From positions 48,711 to 112,710 of the forward strand of contig JAFQVM010000014.1 in NCBI GenBank assembly GCA_017407995.1: DNA of 64,000 nt, written 5' to 3'. The notes beneath the pieces are model-generated. The model saw nothing but the letters and a program-made list of their open reading frames with translations. It made no database searches and was not told the origin of the DNA. The position numbers and the translations under genes were made by a program. Source of the stretch: Clostridia bacterium (GTDB lineage Bacteria > Bacillota > Clostridia > Oscillospirales > Acutalibacteraceae). This document shows, in pieces, positions 62,213 through 64,000 of the stretch (its first letter is position 1; each line of letters begins with the position of its first letter).

Positions 62213-62905
62213 TTAATATTCCCTATCGTCAGATTCGCTTGCGCTTCCGCTTATCGGTATAGCTTCGCCGAGATATGTCGGCTCAGGCTGTATAATACAC
62301 ATTCCGAAATCTTTGACTCTCGCCAAAAACTCACGAGTATTATTATAAACTTCCTTAACATAGGTCCTTGGGTCAGATGCTACACCGTATGCTTCAAGTC
62401 CCAAGGCTCTGGCGTTATAAACCGCACGGTAAAGATGATAACCCTGGGTAACTATAACCACCTTTTTAACCTGAAAAACATCCCTTGCTCTATACATGGA
62501 TTCATATGTTGAAAATCCAGCATGGTCAAGAAAAACATCCTCCGCCGGCACGCCGTTATCAACAGCGTACTGTTTCATGCTGTTGACCTCGTCATACTCC
62601 GTCTGACCGTGGTCTCCGCTCGCAAGAATCTTTTTTCCTGCTCCCGTTTTGTAAAGGTCCACACCAAAACTCATCCTATCCTCAAGCATATGGCTGAGTC
62701 TTCCGTCAGAGTACACCTTTGCGCCTAACACCAAAACACAGTCAGCATCAAGCCCTGCTGCCTGCTCGGGAGTGAGGATATACTTGTCCGCACTTTTAAT
62801 CACTATCGCATTTATAACACACGGAGTGATAATGGCTATCGCAAGCAAAACGCAGGTAACAATAACTATTATTTTCAGTTTTTTATTTTTAGCTGCCATT
62901 TTCAT
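62213..62905 (-). CDS. SanA/YdcF (DUF218) family protein
   Basis: N-terminal TM, VLGA, DR, SGD, E...M, D.AGFSTYES, TQ.YHL.RA, RE.LAR. Confidence 0.88.
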   Translation of the reverse strand: MKMAAKNKKLKIIVIVTCVLLAIAIITPCVINAIVIKSADKYILTPEQAAGLDADCVLVLGAKVYSDGRLSHMLEDRMSFGVDLYKTGAGKKILASGDHGQTEYDEVNSMKQYAVDNGVPAEDVFLDHAGFSTYESMYRARDVFQVKKVVIVTQGYHLYRAVYNARALGLEAYGVASDPRTYVKEVYNNTREFLARVKDFGMCIIQPEPTYLGEAIPISGSASESDDREY

Positions 62906-62919
62906 TTTTAACTCCTAAA

Positions 62920-63645
62920 TCAAGGCCCGAAAAGAGGTACCTCTATGCCGCAAATTCTGTATGCGACTCGCAAAAAAGCTTTATTCGCTTGACTGGAGGC
63001 AGGCAATGCCGTTCCCCGTACAGCACAGTGTGCAACTGTCGGGTCCTCGGGTACTATGCCCATCAAACGCACACAGGTCGCATCTATAACATCATCTATA
63101 TTGAGCAGCTTGCCTCGGCGCACTGCCTTTTCGGCAAACCTGTTAATTACAAGACGGACGTCGTCTATTCCGAAGCGACGAATGCATGAAGCAGTTAGGT
63201 TGACACTGCGCACACAGACCTCATCCGGTGTTGAAACAACTATTCCTCTGTCCGCCACAGCGCAGGACAGCTCAAAACCTGTTGACAGACCAGCAGGCGC
63301 ATCAAAGAAAATATAGTCATAATCCTCTTCAATCTCGTCCACAAAAGCCTTCATCGCCTCCGGAGTAAAGCTGTCAGAAAAGTTCATGGGCGCTGTTATA
63401 AGGTCAGGACCGTCAGTCTGCATTATAGCCCTGTCAACATCGCATTCCGAATCAATTACATTGCCCCAATCAAAAACAGTGTTTCTTTCGACCCCGAAAA
63501 TCAAGTCAAGACTTCTCAATCCTATGTCCATATCAACCATGAGAACATCGTTACCCATGGCACACAAGGCTCGGCTGAGTCCCGCTGTCAAAGAGGACTT
63601 CCCGACGCCTCCTTTTCCGGAGGCTATAATTATTTTTTCAGCCAT
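62920..63645 (-). CDS. minD: Septum site-determining protein MinD-like ATPase
   Basis: SGKGGVGKS, D.DIGLR.LDL, D.PAG, GIVPED. Confidence 0.85.
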   Translation of the reverse strand: MAEKIIIASGKGGVGKSSLTAGLSRALCAMGNDVLMVDMDIGLRSLDLIFGVERNTVFDWGNVIDSECDVDRAIMQTDGPDLITAPMNFSDSFTPEAMKAFVDEIEEDYDYIFFDAPAGLSTGFELSCAVADRGIVVSTPDEVCVRSVNLTASCIRRFGIDDVRLVINRFAEKAVRRGKLLNIDDVIDATCVRLMGIVPEDPTVAHCAVRGTALPASSQANKAFLRVAYRICGIEVPLFGP

Positions 63646-63711
63646 AATGCGTCTCCTTCAGGTGCAGTCTGAACTGACACCTAAACTTCAGATTTTACGT
63701 GCTTTTCTGTC

Positions 63712-64000
63712 TTACCCCAAAAGTGTATTCTCACTCTGCGGAGCATCCGCAGTTTCAGAACTTTCAAAATAATAATCGTATATCGGTCTTGCAATACTCG
63801 CAAGATAGGAGCTTCCGTATATACCCTCGCACACAATCGCCATAGCAAGCTGCGGATTTTTACTCGGAGCAAAGGTTATATAGAAACCGTTGTCGATATC
63901 AACATTAGAGCCGTTTACTTTTCTGGTCTCTTCTGCAGTACCGGTCTTTGCCGCTGCCTGAACTTTCATTCCTCCGAGATAGTTTCTGCTGCCGCCGTAA
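63712..64000 (-). CDS. Class B penicillin-binding protein (PBP2/MrdA-like), C-terminal part only
   Basis: AAKTGTAE, FAP...PQLA; position upstream of minD. Confidence 0.85.
   Translation of the reverse strand, partial: YGGSRNYLGGMKVQAAAKTGTAEETRKVNGSNVDIDNGFYITFAPSKNPQLAMAIVCEGIYGSSYLASIARPIYDYYFESSETADAPQSENTLLG

Overview
Core chromosomal segment of a spore-forming Clostridia bacterium, probably Oscillospirales/Ruminococcaceae-like, judged from gene content, gene order and sigma-A promoters. Most of it is housekeeping: the rimP-nusA-infB-rbfA operon, gyrB-gyrA, four aminoacyl-tRNA synthetases, efp, rpsU, nadD-yqeK-rsfS-leuS and PBP-minD. It also has an L-fucose cluster, several spore/cell-wall genes and small accessory inserts. 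No rRNA, tRNA, CRISPR array, integrase or transposase was seen. The most unusual element is a tightly packed minus-strand operon (8137 to <1). It starts with RnfD-, RnfE- and RnfA-like membrane proteins that have no RnfC/G/B partners, and all four Cys that bind the RnfA/E [2Fe-2S] cluster appear replaced. These are followed by a membrane-anchored putative glycoside hydrolase, a GH13 enzyme, a degenerate LCP protein interrupted by an in-frame TAG, a transglutaminase-like protein and folE. Other oddities are an archaeal-type short AspRS behind hisS, a decapitated LRR surface-protein pseudogene with 19-aa repeats, and two XRE genes with visible operator candidates. All family assignments come from motifs recognised by eye; no database search was run.
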